Shown: positions 43,036 to 55,113, numbered from the stretch's first letter. The stretch: DNA of 64,000 bases from Octopus sinensis (GCF_006345805.1 NC_042999.1:110980001-111044000), one strand, 5' to 3'. Notes: a model not told the origin generated them from the sequence alone. Made by a program: numbers and translations.

Positions 43036-43099
43036 CCATGCTGATGATGGCTGCAGTTTTCCTTGCGGAAAATAACAGCCGAAACTAATTAGTACATGG
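43036..43099 (+). ncRNA. Type I hammerhead ribozyme (505-nt family, second tandem copy)
   Basis: Identical to 42531-42594; predicted cleavage after 43094. Confidence 0.85.
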
Positions 43100-43422
43100 G
43101 TAATTATTTTATTTCGTATATTTTTCACTTGTTTATTGCTATGGTTTTGTGCTGAGTTTGATCTGAGAACATAATCTTTTGTGGTGAATGGCGATTTGAC
43201 GTCTATATCTAGCATGTTGACTGTCCACTTTTCGTGTTCAGTCCTTAATTGGTATATATATATATATATATATCATGTGGTCATGTGACCAGCTGAGCTA
43301 TCAGATGCTGTTACACATTGCTGGTCACAATGCACCATCTGGTTTGGGAATTGAACCCATAATCTAGTGATCATTAGTGCAACAGCCTAACCACTAGATC
43401 ATGTACCTTCACATGTATATAC

Positions 43423-43469
<47 letters not shown>

Positions 43470-43574
43470 ATATATATAATATATGTATGTATATGTATGT
43501 GTGTGTGCATATGTTGATGATGGTGCCACATAAAAAAGCACAGGTGCTGGTGCCAGGTGAAATGTACTGCGTAT

Positions 43575-43665
43575 ACTCTGTAAAGTGGTTGGTGTTAGAA
43601 AGGGCATCCAGCCATAGAAACGATACCAAAATGGACAATGGAGCCTGGTGTGACTTCTAGCTCTA
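43575..43665 (+). mobile_element. Degenerate copy of RTE 3' end
   Basis: gtggttggtgttagaaagggcatccagccatagaaac. Confidence 0.55.
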
Positions 43666-44903
43666 CTAGCTCCCACCTACATACATATGCATATATATAC
43701 ATACATACATATATCCATATATATATATATATATAAAATAAACACACATACATATATCAATTATATCTATTTATATTTTATTTATATTATTATATGATTG
43801 AATGCCACACATCCATTTCCAAGTAAGTTTATTTTAATAATTTTGATGCAACTCTACTCTGTACTGTTCTCTCTCTTCCTTTCTCTAATTCTTTTTTCTC
43901 CCTTTCTCTCCCTGTTGTTTTTCCTCTCTCATCCTTTCTCTAATACCTTTCTTCCCCCTTCACCATTTTCCATCTGTCTCTCTCTCTCCCTCTTTCACCT
44001 TTGCTCTTTCTCGTTGCTCCCACATGACCATCGTCTATCTTTCTTTTCCTCACATGATCATCTTTCTTTTCTTTCAGTCTGTCTTACAGACCAGATACAT
44101 TCTTATCTGTCTCCTCTTTATCTTTTCTCTTGTCAAAGACAGTATTCCTCCAGTGCTCATTACCTTAACTCATCTGGCCTAACGATCCTCCATGCTTGTC
44201 TTTGTTTGGTTTCCTTGTATGTCTCCACTGTCCTGTTTTTGTTACCAACTTTGACCCTCCACAAATCCCACATTTTATTTTGGTTCACAAGAGCAACTGC
44301 CTTTCAAGGCCTCATATTGTTGTTAATTGCTTGAAATGAGGAGTAGATGGACAGCCAATAACTGATGAAGGGTCGTTCTTTATGTTACTTGTCTTGTTTT
44401 CCATTTGTTTCCCTTATTGTTCACATACCCAAGTTTGTCTTTACATTTCATATTGTTTACATTTTGTGATGTCATGTACCCATATATGCATATACATATA
44501 TACACATATATGTATGTATTTACATATATGTATGTATATATGTATATATATATTTTTTTATTTATATTATGATTGAATACCACGCATCCATTTATCTATC
44601 TATCTATCTATCTATCTTTCGCTCTCTCTCTACACATATATATATATATATATAGAAATACATACACACACATATACACACAAGCACACACACATTGCTG
44701 ATATTTATAGAAACGTCATCATCATAATCATCATGGTTATTTTGATGCAGTTACTGTTATTATTGTAATTGTTCTTACTTCACGGAGATATCCACCATTG
44801 TCTTGGATGCTACGGCTTCTTCTGATCCCTGTTGCCATTTCTAATATCGCTGCTGTTATTAGTTTCCTTGATATGTTTGTTCTGCATCACAACAACATCA
44901 ACA

Positions 44904-44992
<89 letters not shown>

Positions 44993-45407
44993 GACATTGT
45001 TTTTGCTGGTGGTTGGTGATGGTTATTGTGTTGGATACTTTTGTTGATTGTGTTGTTATTGTTGCTGTGTTCAGTGATTCTTTTGTTGTACTAATCTTGT
45101 TATTGTTTTTATTACATCTTTTTCTTTGTTGCTAAATCTGTTGTGTTTTTCATCTTGCATGTCAATGCTATTGTCATTCCTTAATGTTTTTTTTTCTCTG
45201 CACGTTGTTACTGTTGGCTGCTGCTGCTGCTATAATTGTTTTTATCGTGGTTGCTGCTGTTCCGTTAGTTGTTGTTTCATATATTCATGTATTTTGCTCC
45301 TTCTGTTGTATATGCTGCTGTGATGCTCAATGTTATATCATCACTTTTAACCTTATCATCATCATTATATTATTATTATTATTATTATTATTATTATCAT
45401 CATCATC

Positions 45408-45439
<32 letters not shown>

Positions 45440-46429
45440 CTTCATTGAATGAGAGAGCAGTGCATGCCAACTAAATGACTCTGGGGTGCAAAAATATGAA
45501 ACCCAACATACCCATCACGACTACCTGTCTGATAAGGGTACACCAGGCACATGCATCACAACCATATGTGTGCAACATGGTGATCTCATACCAAGATAAA
45601 CACCACATGACCTTGCAGGTGGGACCCAATTAGAATTTTCTTCAGGTTGAGTAGCCCATCTTGCTCAAAAGGTCCTTGAATAAGGGTTGTTTAAGGATGT
45701 TGAACAAAATACCCATGTTTCCAGGGATGAATTTTTCAAATCCCAAAGAATCCCTCTCAACACATGGTTATGATGCTCCCCCACTACTCCTGCTTATGAT
45801 CAGAGATGCACATGTTGTCAGCCACCAAGAGACATTGCTCAGCTGGTTAAGGTCTAACAGCTGACAAACAGATTTGCATTATTAAGAAAAATATTTGCTG
45901 TTGCCCATCTTTTACATCAAGACATAACATGTACATGATAACACTTCCAATCAGGTAAGATCAGAAACCATGAGAGCCACTGCCTGGTACTGCATCGTTC
46001 TGAATTTGTTTTAATATCTTTATTTTTGGAAGAGCTGTTGCATTTTCTTAATATTTTACACAAACTGTCAAGCTTAGCCCAGATACTCTGTATATATTAT
46101 GGTCACAAAGAGTGTGCAAACAAGTATTCATATATCATTTGTTGTAAAATTTATATAAATATGAAAAATAGTTTAAAGTCATTAGTCAAATTAAAGTTAT
46201 ATTGAAATATTACTATTATTATTACCATCAATAATGTTTGGTATGATAATAAAAGACATCAGAAAAATATGAATATTTCTTACAATTAAAAATAAAAAGT
46301 AACTCTCTTATAAAGTATAGAAAATTTCAGATGGAAGAAAGCATATTAGATGCACAAATACTATCTTAAGCAACACTGGGATACCAAAGGCATATTTGTA
46401 TAAAGTATTATGTATACCTTTTATGTGTT

Positions 46430-46760
46430 TTAGTCATTAGATTGCAGCCATGCTGGGGCACTGTCTTGAATTCTTAGCTGAAGGAATCGACCCCAGTACT
46501 TAATTTTTGTTAAGCTTGATACTTATTGTATTGGTCTCATTTGCTGAACCACTAAATTACAAGGACATAAACACACCAAATGGTGGGGGTTCATGGTGTG
46601 GGGGAGCAAACACAGATACTTACATACATACATACATATATATGCAATAGGCATCTTTCAGTTTCCATCAACCAAATACACTCACAAGGTTTTGGTCAGC
46701 CCCAAAGCTGTAGAGGAAGACACTTGCCCAAGGTGCCATGCAGTGAGACTGAACCACACT
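46430..46760 (-). mobile_element. SINE family B
   Basis: Reverse match to the family B body and core. Confidence 0.75.
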
Positions 46761-47814
46761 TGTTCATATTTTATATATGTTTGTGGTGTAATGCAGGCGG
46801 TGCATATGAATATATATTTATACAACTTTTTTTTAAGCATTTACACTTAAACTATTGCTACTTTGAACCTAGTTCTCATCATTGCATCTATAAAGAGCAT
46901 GATGGCCATGTATTACTATTTTTAATTGTCTTGTAATTTTTTTGATACTTATAAATTTCTTACAGAAGCCTTGATGAGATCTTTCTAGAATATTCATGTG
47001 AATAGTTACTGGCATGGTTATGAGCTAAAACAAGCCCCTTTTAATTTTAGCTGTAATTTAATTTTATATATTTCTGCAAAACTCCTTGAGTGTCTAAGTT
47101 GCCTGAAATTTTACATAATTATGCACACATTTTGTGCCTGTTGTGATCCATTTTCTGTACTTATAATTAGTAGATATACATTATCCTTTTAGTATGCCAG
47201 TCTTGGCATCATTTGTTATTTTCTAAAGTATTGTGTGTTACTATTAAAAAAAGTAAGTGTCCCTGTTATAAAGTAAAGAGAAAGTCAAGGAAAAGAAAAG
47301 ATCAGAAATATTCAGAATACTTCTGAGTATTATGCTACATGGAATAGTGTAATCTTTGCATTCTGGATCAACATCTACTTATGTATTATAAAAGGATTCT
47401 AAAGTACTATTGTTATAAAATATCATAAGATAGTAAATGCATGATTACTTACAAATAGACAATAAAAGAAAATTGTTTGTGTAAACATATCACTTCAGTG
47501 TCAACTAAAATGCACTGTGTGTGTGTGTGTGTGCATATGTGTGTAAATATGTATGTGTCTATATGAATATATTGTTATACCTTAGGATGGCCATTATGCC
47601 AATAACAAGCACACACACTGGTTCTATTTTACTTCAGCTTAGAGATTTAGTTAGCCATTTAACTAACTAACTATTCGTTTGTTTCATTAATTGTTCACTC
47701 AGTCAATCCAACTGCAAAATTTGTCAAAGTCTAAAGTCTACTTGTAAACCTGGAGTAGAGAGTGCATGTCATTGATTAGGTCACAAATGGTGAGTAAAGG
47801 ACTTGATATATATG

Positions 47815-47867
<53 letters not shown>

Positions 47868-47869
47868 GA

Positions 47870-48706
47870 AATAGAAAGATGAATAATCTTGTTGCAGATT
47901 AATCAAAAGGACTTTTACAGTCGGCTTTTCGATGCCCCCACTGGCGGCGTTATACTTATCTTGCTTATAAATAACGCTTATAAATAATACCTGCACCCGG
48001 TTATACTACTTATATGAAAATAGCCCTTGGAAATAAATTCTGAATAACTTTTATGAGAAATATGATTAACCATTGCAAGGGGAATTACTCCTGGGAGACG
48101 AATGGTGGTTTGTCTTGACGACGGGGGGTTTCTTGGACAAGGCAGGCTTAGACGAACACACGCACACACAAAAAAAAGTTTTTCTGCCACCCGACGAATT
48201 TATAGCAGTGGCCATTGTGTAGGGCTGTTTACCAACTGACGGCCACGTGATCAAACGCACATACGAACACATAGAACAGTACACACACACATGTTTCTAA
48301 GTAGATTTTGTCTCGCCCCATATAATACACCTAATATTCTTTAAATAGTCAGAACTTTAGTCTCGGTCACAAAGAACATCTAAGCACCCTGTGCTACCAC
48401 CCACCGGAATGACCGCTGCCTGACCCGTTAAAACCTTCAATGCACCCACCACCAGTTTTCAACATACATTGATAAACAGTTTGGCCATGGGCTCTTAGGA
48501 GCCTCGTTCGATTTGTTTTGCTCCGCCTCTGTTCTGTTTTTGTTTTTTTCCAACGGATTTCATATTTCTTCCTGAAGAGAAAGACACAATATGGTCTCCT
48601 TATTCAATCGGAATTTGGTAAATTGTGCCTTTCGAAACACGTGTAGAATGCAATAAAACGATTTCTGTTCAATCTTCGTTCAACTCCATTTCTTCAATTC
48701 ACTAAT
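47870..48706 (+). mobile_element. ~830-bp non-coding, CpG-containing element between TA tracts, ending in an HHR and AATAAA
   Basis: Compositionally distinct from its flanks; TA runs at ~47815-47863 and 48707-48717; HHR at 48569-48648; aataaa at ~48652. Confidence 0.5.
48569..48648 (+). ncRNA. Type I hammerhead ribozyme motif
   Basis: Stem I uuc/gaa (short); CUGAAGA 48572-48578; stem II GAAAG/CUUUC extended by CACAAU/AUUGUG; GAAA 48634-48637; palindromic stem III CACGUG; GUA cleavage after 48645. Confidence 0.75.
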
Positions 48707-49353
48707 AATATATATATCATCATCATCATCATCATCATCATCATTTAGCGTCCGTTTTCCATGCTAGCATGGGTTGGACGGTTCTACTGGGGTCTGTGAA
48801 GCCAGAAGGCTTCATCAGGCCCAGTCAAATCTGGCAGTGTTTCTACGGCTGGATGCCCTTCCTAACGCCAACCACTCCGTGAGTGTAGTGGGTGCTTTTT
48901 ACGTGCCACCCGCACTGGTGCCAGACAGAGCTGGCAAACGGCCACGAACGGATGGTGCTTTTTATGTGCCACCGGCACGAGGGCCAGGCGAGGCTGGCAA
49001 CGGACACGAAACGGGGCGGTGCTGGCAACGCTGCAACGGACACGAAACGGCGTGCTGGCAACGGTCGCGAAACGGAAGTTCTCTTACATGCCACCGGCAC
49101 TGGTAACACATCTGCAATTTCCATTGATCGATTTCGATTCTGATCCTCACTTGCCTCAATGGGTCTTCACAAGCAGAGTTTCGACATGCCACCGGCACTG
49201 GTAGCACATCCGCAATTTCCATTGATCGATTTCGATTCTGATCCTCACTTGCCTCAACACGTCTTCACAAGTAGAGTTTTTTGTGTCCCAAGAAGGGAAG
49301 GTATGCATACGTAGGCTGGCTCCATCCCATGTAGAAGGCCATGGGTTGTGGAC

Positions 49354-51198
49354 TCACTTGTCCTGCCGGGTCTTCTCGCGCACAGCACACTTCCAGAGGT
49401 CTCGGTCTCTAGTCATTTCCTCAGTGAGACCTAAAGTTCGAAGGTCGTGCTTCACCACCTCGTCCCAGGTTTTCCTGGGTCTGCCTCTTCCACAGGTTCC
49501 CTCAACCGCTAGGGTGTGGCACTTTTTCACACAACTATCTTCATCCATTCTCGCCACATGACCATACCAGCGCAAACGTCTCTCTTGCACACCACAACTG
49601 ATGCTTCTTAGGTCCAGCTTTTCTCTCAAGGTACTTACACTCTGCCGAGTGTGAGTACCGGCATTACACATCCATCGGAGCATACTGGCTTCATTTCTAG
49701 CGAGCTTACGCATATCCTCAGCAGTCACGGCCCATGTTTCACTGCCATGTAGCATGGCTGTTCGTACACACGCATCATACAGTCTGCCTTTCACTCTGTG
49801 CGAGAGGCCTTTTGTCACCAGCAGAGGTAAGAGCTCTCTGAACTTTGCCCAAGCTATTCTTACTCTAGCAGTTACACTTTCAGCACACCCACCCCCGCTG
49901 CTGACTTGGTCACCTAGGTAACGGAAACTATCAACTATTTCTAGTTTTTCTCCCTGGAAAGTGACGGAAGTTGGTCTCAGAGCATTTTCAGTGTTTATTG
50001 TTCCTGAGCATCTGCCACATACAAAAACCATCTTCCTAGTTAGCCTTCCTTTGACATTGCTGCATCTCTTATGTGTCCATAGCTTACACTTGGTGCATCT
50101 TATAGAGTTTCTACCTACACCTTTTCTACAGATCGAGCAGGGCCATCTACCTGAAGGTGTTTGTGATTTGTCTACCTTCCTACTGATTACGACTTTGGTT
50201 TTAGCTAGATTGACTCTGAGGCCCTTCGATTCTAATCCTTGTTTCCACACCTGAAACTTCTCCTCCAGTTCTGATAGCGACTCAGCAATTAGAGCAAGGT
50301 CATCAGCATAGAGGAGCTCCCAAGGGCATCCTGTCTTGAATTCCTCCGTTATTGCCTGGAGGACTATGATAAATAGGAGGGGGCTGAGTACTGAGCCTTG
50401 GTGGACCCCTACCTCTACCCGGAATTCTTCACTGTACTCATTTCCAACCCTCACCCTACTAGCGGCGTCCCTATACATGGCCCGCACAGCTCTCACTAAC
50501 CATTCATCTATCCCTAGTTTTCTCATTGCCCACCAGATAAGGGATCGGGGGACCCTGTCGAAGGCTTTCTCCATGTCAACAAAAGCCAGGTACAGGGGCT
50601 TATCTTTGGCTAGGTATTTCTCCTGCAGCTGCCTTACCAGGAATATAGCATCAGTAGTACTTTTCCCTGGCACAAACCCAAACTGCATCTCATCTAAACT
50701 AACTCTCTCTCTAATTAGTTGGGCTATGACCCTCTCCGTAACCTTCATCACCTGGTCCAACAGCTTGATACCTCTGTAGTTATTTGTATCTAGGGCATCA
50801 CCTTTACCTTTGTAGCAGTTGACTATTATACTGCTACACCAGTCATTGGGTATGACCCCTTTGTGTATCACCTGATTAACTATATGGGTGACTAGGCTAT
50901 AGCCGACACTACCAGACATTTTGAGCATCTCTGCAGTGATTCCTGATGGGCCTGGGGCTTTCCCTGTCTTCATGCTTCTAATTGCCTTAGCTACCACAGA
51001 ACTATCAACTCGGATAGCTGGTCCCTCTGTTGGGTCAACATTCGGCAGACTCTCTTTATCCCATTCATTTTCTTCATTCAGCAACCTTTCATAGTGGCAT
51101 CTCCAAACCTCTCTCTTTGCATCCTCATTTAGCGCAAGTGAACCATCTTCCATGCGAACACACTTCTCTCCTACCACATCACGATTCTCTCTCAACAC
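49354..51198 (-). CDS. RTE ORF, reverse transcriptase part with inserted PHD-like Cys/His finger
   Basis: KAPGPSGI, NYRGIKLL, QFGFVPGKST, FVDMEKAFDRV, GVHQGSVLSPLLF, LLYADD, FRYLGD, YGSET-like LHGSETW, RLRWYGHV, GRGRPRKTW. Confidence 0.95.
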   Translation of the reverse strand: MLRENRDVVGEKCVRMEDGSLALNEDAKREVWRCHYERLLNEENEWDKESLPNVDPTEGPAIRVDSSVVAKAIRSMKTGKAPGPSGITAEMLKMSGSVGYSLVTHIVNQVIHKGVIPNDWCSSIIVNCYKGKGDALDTNNYRGIKLLDQVMKVTERVIAQLIRERVSLDEMQFGFVPGKSTTDAIFLVRQLQEKYLAKDKPLYLAFVDMEKAFDRVPRSLIWWAMRKLGIDEWLVRAVRAMYRDAASRVRVGNEYSEEFRVEVGVHQGSVLSPLLFIIVLQAITEEFKTGCPWELLYADDLALIAESLSELEEKFQVWKQGLESKGLRVNLAKTKVVISRKVDKSQTPSGRWPCSICRKGVGRNSIRCTKCKLWTHKRCSNVKGRLTRKMVFVCGRCSGTINTENALRPTSVTFQGEKLEIVDSFRYLGDQVSSGGGCAESVTARVRIAWAKFRELLPLLVTKGLSHRVKGRLYDACVRTAMLHGSETWAVTAEDMRKLARNEASMLRWMCNAGTHTRQSVSTLREKLDLRSISCGVQERRLRWYGHVARMDEDSCVKKCHTLAVEGTCGRGRPRKTWDEVVKHDLRTLGLTEEMTRDRDLWKCAVREKTRQDK

Positions 51199-52473
51199 TG
51201 TCTTGCAACACGAAACACCTCCAGTCTTTGGTCCTCACGGCGCAGAACATTGGCAAATTTTTTCTTATCTGCTTCCCCTCTGGCTAAATAAACCTGTCTC
51301 CTAGCTTCTCTTTTGGCAGTCTGATACAATTCCCTGCTACCCCCATTTTTCCAGACCTTCCAAGCCTGTCTCTTTTCTCTAATAGCCCTGTCTACAATAT
51401 TGTTCCACCACCACGTTATTCTAGGTCGAGAGGGGACTTTGCACCAGCCACAGATCTGGTCAGTGGCTCTCAGCAGGTTGTCCCTTAGAAACGTCCAGCT
51501 GTCTTCTACCCCCTGTGATGCTCTATCCCCTTCTACTTCGTCAGAGGCTTCAAGTAATATGTCCCTAAATCTCTGTCCATTTGCAGGATCTTTAAGCTTC
51601 CAGATCCTTCTTCTCCATATTTGTCGTCTTCTGGTTGTCCTCCTAGTCCTGATCCTAAAGTCACTAACTACCAGTCTATGTTGTGGGGTACATTCTTCAC
51701 CTGGGAAGGTTTTGGCATTTATAAGCAGCCATCTCTCCCTTTGCCTTGTAAGGATGTAGTCAATTTGGCTGGTATGTTGGCCCGATTGGTAAGTGACTAG
51801 GTGGCTGGTAGGTTTCCTGAAGTTAGTGTTGCAAATCATAAGATTATTTGCATCGCAGAACTCCAGCAGCCTGGTTCCCTCCTCGTTGCGGGAGCCATAG
51901 CCATAGCCTCCATGTACGCCATGGAAGCCCCCAGCATGTCGTCCAACGTGACCATTGAAGTCACCAGCCACAAAGATAAGGTCTCTGTCGTTCGTCAATG
52001 AGGTAGTCTGCAGTAGAGTGTCATAGAATCGGTCTTTCTGTCCATCGGGTAGCCCCGACTGAGGAGCATAGGCTGATATAATGGTTGCTAAACTATGATG
52101 AAGCACTAATCTAATCTTAAGTATTCTGTCACTTACTCTGATTACCTCAATTACTTTATCTACCCATTTCTCAGCGATAAGTATACCCACGCCACCAACC
52201 CCGTCAGTGTTCCCTGCCCAGAAAATCTTGTACCTGCGTTCCTTGCCTGTGAGGAACCTAGCTGATCCTCCTCTCCACCTTATTTCTTGCATGCAACATA
52301 TATCCACACATCTCCGTTCAAGCATCTCGACTATCTCACCAGACCTACCTTTCAGTGCCAACGTTGAGGGTGCCAACCCTGAGGGTGTGGAAGGCATGGG
52401 CTCTAGAGACCCTGGGACGGTGGACAGTAGCTTCGTGTACCTGAAAAGAAAGCTCGCATTTGGCAGAATTCAT
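51192..52473 (-). CDS. RTE ORF, apurinic-like (APE) endonuclease part; two small frameshifts versus one ~1040-aa ORF
   Basis: An in-frame ATG at 52473 gives MNSAKCELSFQVHE...LRVGTLNVGT; indel near 52355; then VDICCMQE, SAYAPQ, AGDFNGHVG, QIDYIL, QHRLVV; a 1-nt gap near 51198 joins it to the RT frame. Confidence 0.9.
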
Positions 52474-52693
52474 GTGCAAGAAATGAAGTAGTAAAGTAGC
52501 CTTCAGTACAACCTGCATAACGCTAGCCTTTCATATTTTGCACTGTATGAACATTACCTTACATAGGTCGAGACTAGGGGTAGGGAGGGGTATGGATGGT
52601 GAGAGCATTTGCAGTCTTCATGGGAAGCAACCCCGGAATGGAAGAGAATAGGAACTTCCGGCATGCGTGGTGGGGGTGGGAGGGCGGGTGCAC

Positions 52694-54801
52694 CGTAGCT
52701 GAGTAAGAGGTTCTGTTATCGTGAGCTAGCAAATGGGTTTGTATGAATCGGGAGACAATACTAAACGAAAAATTGAAAAATTGAAAAATCAGAGTGGCTA
52801 TGAACCTGGAGACAAGTCTAAACGAAAAAAATGTTTGAGCTAGACAGGGTAATGAGGGAATACTGAAAGAATGAGTGGACAATACAATGAGATGGAAATT
52901 GAAGAATAGAGAAAGAATAAGGATAAGTGCAAGAAAGAAGGTAGTCGTAGCGAGGTTGGACGATTCACTTAACTTTTAGCCATTCATGATCTGTGCGTAT
53001 TCTTTAGATATTTTGAAGCGAGTGGGGTTAACGATAAATGCGATGGCTCTTTTATGTATGGCGATGATGGTTTTGGGGAGGGGGGGGGCATAGAGGACCA
53101 TGGCGATGATGGTTATGGGAGGGGGGACATAGCGAGAGAGAGATACGGTTAGTTAGAGAGAGAGGTCAAGGGACACGTGACAATAAGCGGTGTGAGGGAA
53201 TTTGACTGGGGACGGCATTGTCGATAAATAAACATTAGATAAATAGGTTTGAAAATCAGAAAAATCAGAGGGAATATCATTATTGATAGCTAATATAACA
53301 CCGTAGCTGAGTAAAGAGGTTCTGTTAATCGTGAGCTAGCAAATGGGTTTGTATGAATCGGGAGACAATACTAAACGAAAAATTGAAAAATTGAAAAATC
53401 AGAGTGGCTATGAACCTGGAGACAAGTCTAAACGAAAAAAATGTTTGAGCTAGACAGGGTAATGAGGGAATACTGAAAGAATGAGTGACAATACAATGAG
53501 ATGGAAATTGAAGAATAGAGAAAGAATAAGGATAAGTGCAAGAAAGAAGGTAGTCGTAGCAGGTTGGACGATTCACTTAACTTTTAGCCATTCATGATCT
53601 GTGCGTATTCTTTAGATATTTTGAAGCGAGTGGGGTTAACGATAAATGCGATGCTCTTTTATGTATGGCGATGATGGTTTTGGGGAGGGGGGCATAGAGG
53701 ACCATGGCGATGATGGTTATGGGAAGGGGGGACATAGCGAGGAGAGATAACGGTTAGTTAGAGAGAGAGGTCAAGGGACACGTGACAATAAGCGGTGTGA
53801 GGGAATTTGACTGGGGACGGCATTGTCGATAAATAAACATTAGATAAATAGGTTTGAAAATCAAAAAATCAGAGGAATATCATTATTGATAGCTAATATA
53901 ACCCGTAGCTGAGTAAAGAGGTTCTGTTAATCGTGAGCTAGCAAATGGGTTTGTATGAATCGGGAGACAATACTAAACGAAAAATTGAAAAATTGAAAAA
54001 TCAGAGTGGCTATGAACCTGGAGACAAGTCTAAACGAAAAAAATGTTTGAGCTAGACAGGGTAATGAGGGAATACTGAAAGATGAGTGACAATACAATGA
54101 GATGGAAATTGAAGAATAGAGAAAGAATAAGGATAAGTGCAAGAAAGAAGTAGTCGTAGCAGGTTGGACGATTCACTTAACTTTTAGCCATTCATGATCT
54201 GTGCGTATTCTTTAGATATTTTGAAGCGAGTGGGGTTAACGATAAATGCGATGGCTCTTTTATGTATGGCGATGATGGTTTTGGGGAGGGGAGGGGGGCA
54301 TAGAGGACCATGGCGATGATGGTTATGGGAAGGGGGGGACATAGCGAGAGAGAGATACGGTTAGTTAGAGAGAGAGGTCAAGGGACACGTGACAATAAGC
54401 GGTGTGAGGGAATTTGACTGGGGACGGCATTGTCGATAATATAAACATTAGATAAATAGGTTTGAAAATCAGAAAAATCAGAGGGAATATCATTATTGAT
54501 AGCTAATATAACACCGTAGCTGAGTAAAGAGGTTCTGTTAATCGTGAGCTAGCAAATGGGTTGTATGAATCGGGAGACAATACTAACGAAAAATTGAAAA
54601 ATTGAAAAATCAGAGTGGCTATGAACCTGGAGACAAGTCTAAACGAAAAAAATGTTTGAGCTAGACAGGGTAATGAGGGAATACTGAAAGAATGAGTGAC
54701 AATACAATGAGATGGAAATTGAAGAATAGAGAAAGAATAAGGATAAGTGCAAGAAAGAAGGTAGTCGTAGCAAGGTTGGACGATTCACTTAACTTTTAGC
54801 C
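52694..54801 (-). repeat. Tandem ~605-bp units (3 full plus ~290-bp partial) forming the RTE 5' region
   Basis: cttttagcc ends at 52981, 53589, 54189 and 54801 (periods 608, 600, 612); copies differ mostly by single-base indels. Confidence 0.9.
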
Positions 54802-54825
54802 AATATATATATATATATATATATA

Positions 54826-55113
54826 TCAAAATCAAATGGAAATTGTAGTTGTGATACCTGTGCCAGTGGTACGTAAAAAGCACCATCCAAATGTGGCCAA
54901 TGCCAGTGCTGCCTTGACTGGCTTCTATGCCGGTGGCACATAAAAAGCATCCACTACACTCACAAAGTGGTTGGCATTAGGAAGGGCATCCAGCTGTAGA
55001 AACACTGCCAGATCTGACTGGAGTCTGGTGCAGCCTCCTGGCTTCCCAGACCTTGGTCGAACTGTCCAATCCATGCTAGCATGGAAAATGAATGTTAAAT
55101 GATGATGATGATG
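54826..55113 (+). mobile_element. Older ~290-bp RTE 3' UTR copy, opposite orientation
   Basis: Diverged reverse match to 48718-49140, with a (GAT)n tail. Confidence 0.75.

Larger units (their letters stand above)
41850..43255. mobile_element. HHR-bearing 505-bp repeat array (one inverted partial copy plus ~2 tandem copies) in (TA)n; non-autonomous PLE or retrozyme-like
   Basis: 41850-42263 is the reverse complement of part of the tandem array 42264-43255; cggattc at 42264 and 42770; one HHR per copy. Confidence 0.85.
48718..54801 (-). mobile_element. Full-length RTE-clade LINE
   Basis: (ATG)n 3' tail at 48718-48742, 3' UTR, single EN-RT ORF, tandem 5' units; candidate 11-bp TSD aatatatatat at 48707-48717 and 54802-54812. 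Confidence 0.9.

Noticed and set aside
41985-43215. 87-91 aa ORF repeated three times (MLDIDVKSPF...)
   Set aside because: It is antisense to the HHR in each copy, has no recognisable motif, and its conservation only reflects recent duplication.
47930-47950. CTCF-like motif gcccccactggcgg
   Set aside because: Mismatches at core positions; a single short match has no support.
52441-52562. Apparent intron (GTAAGG...ttttcAG) in the RTE leader
   Set aside because: An in-frame ATG at 52473 already explains the ORF start; there is no evidence of splicing.
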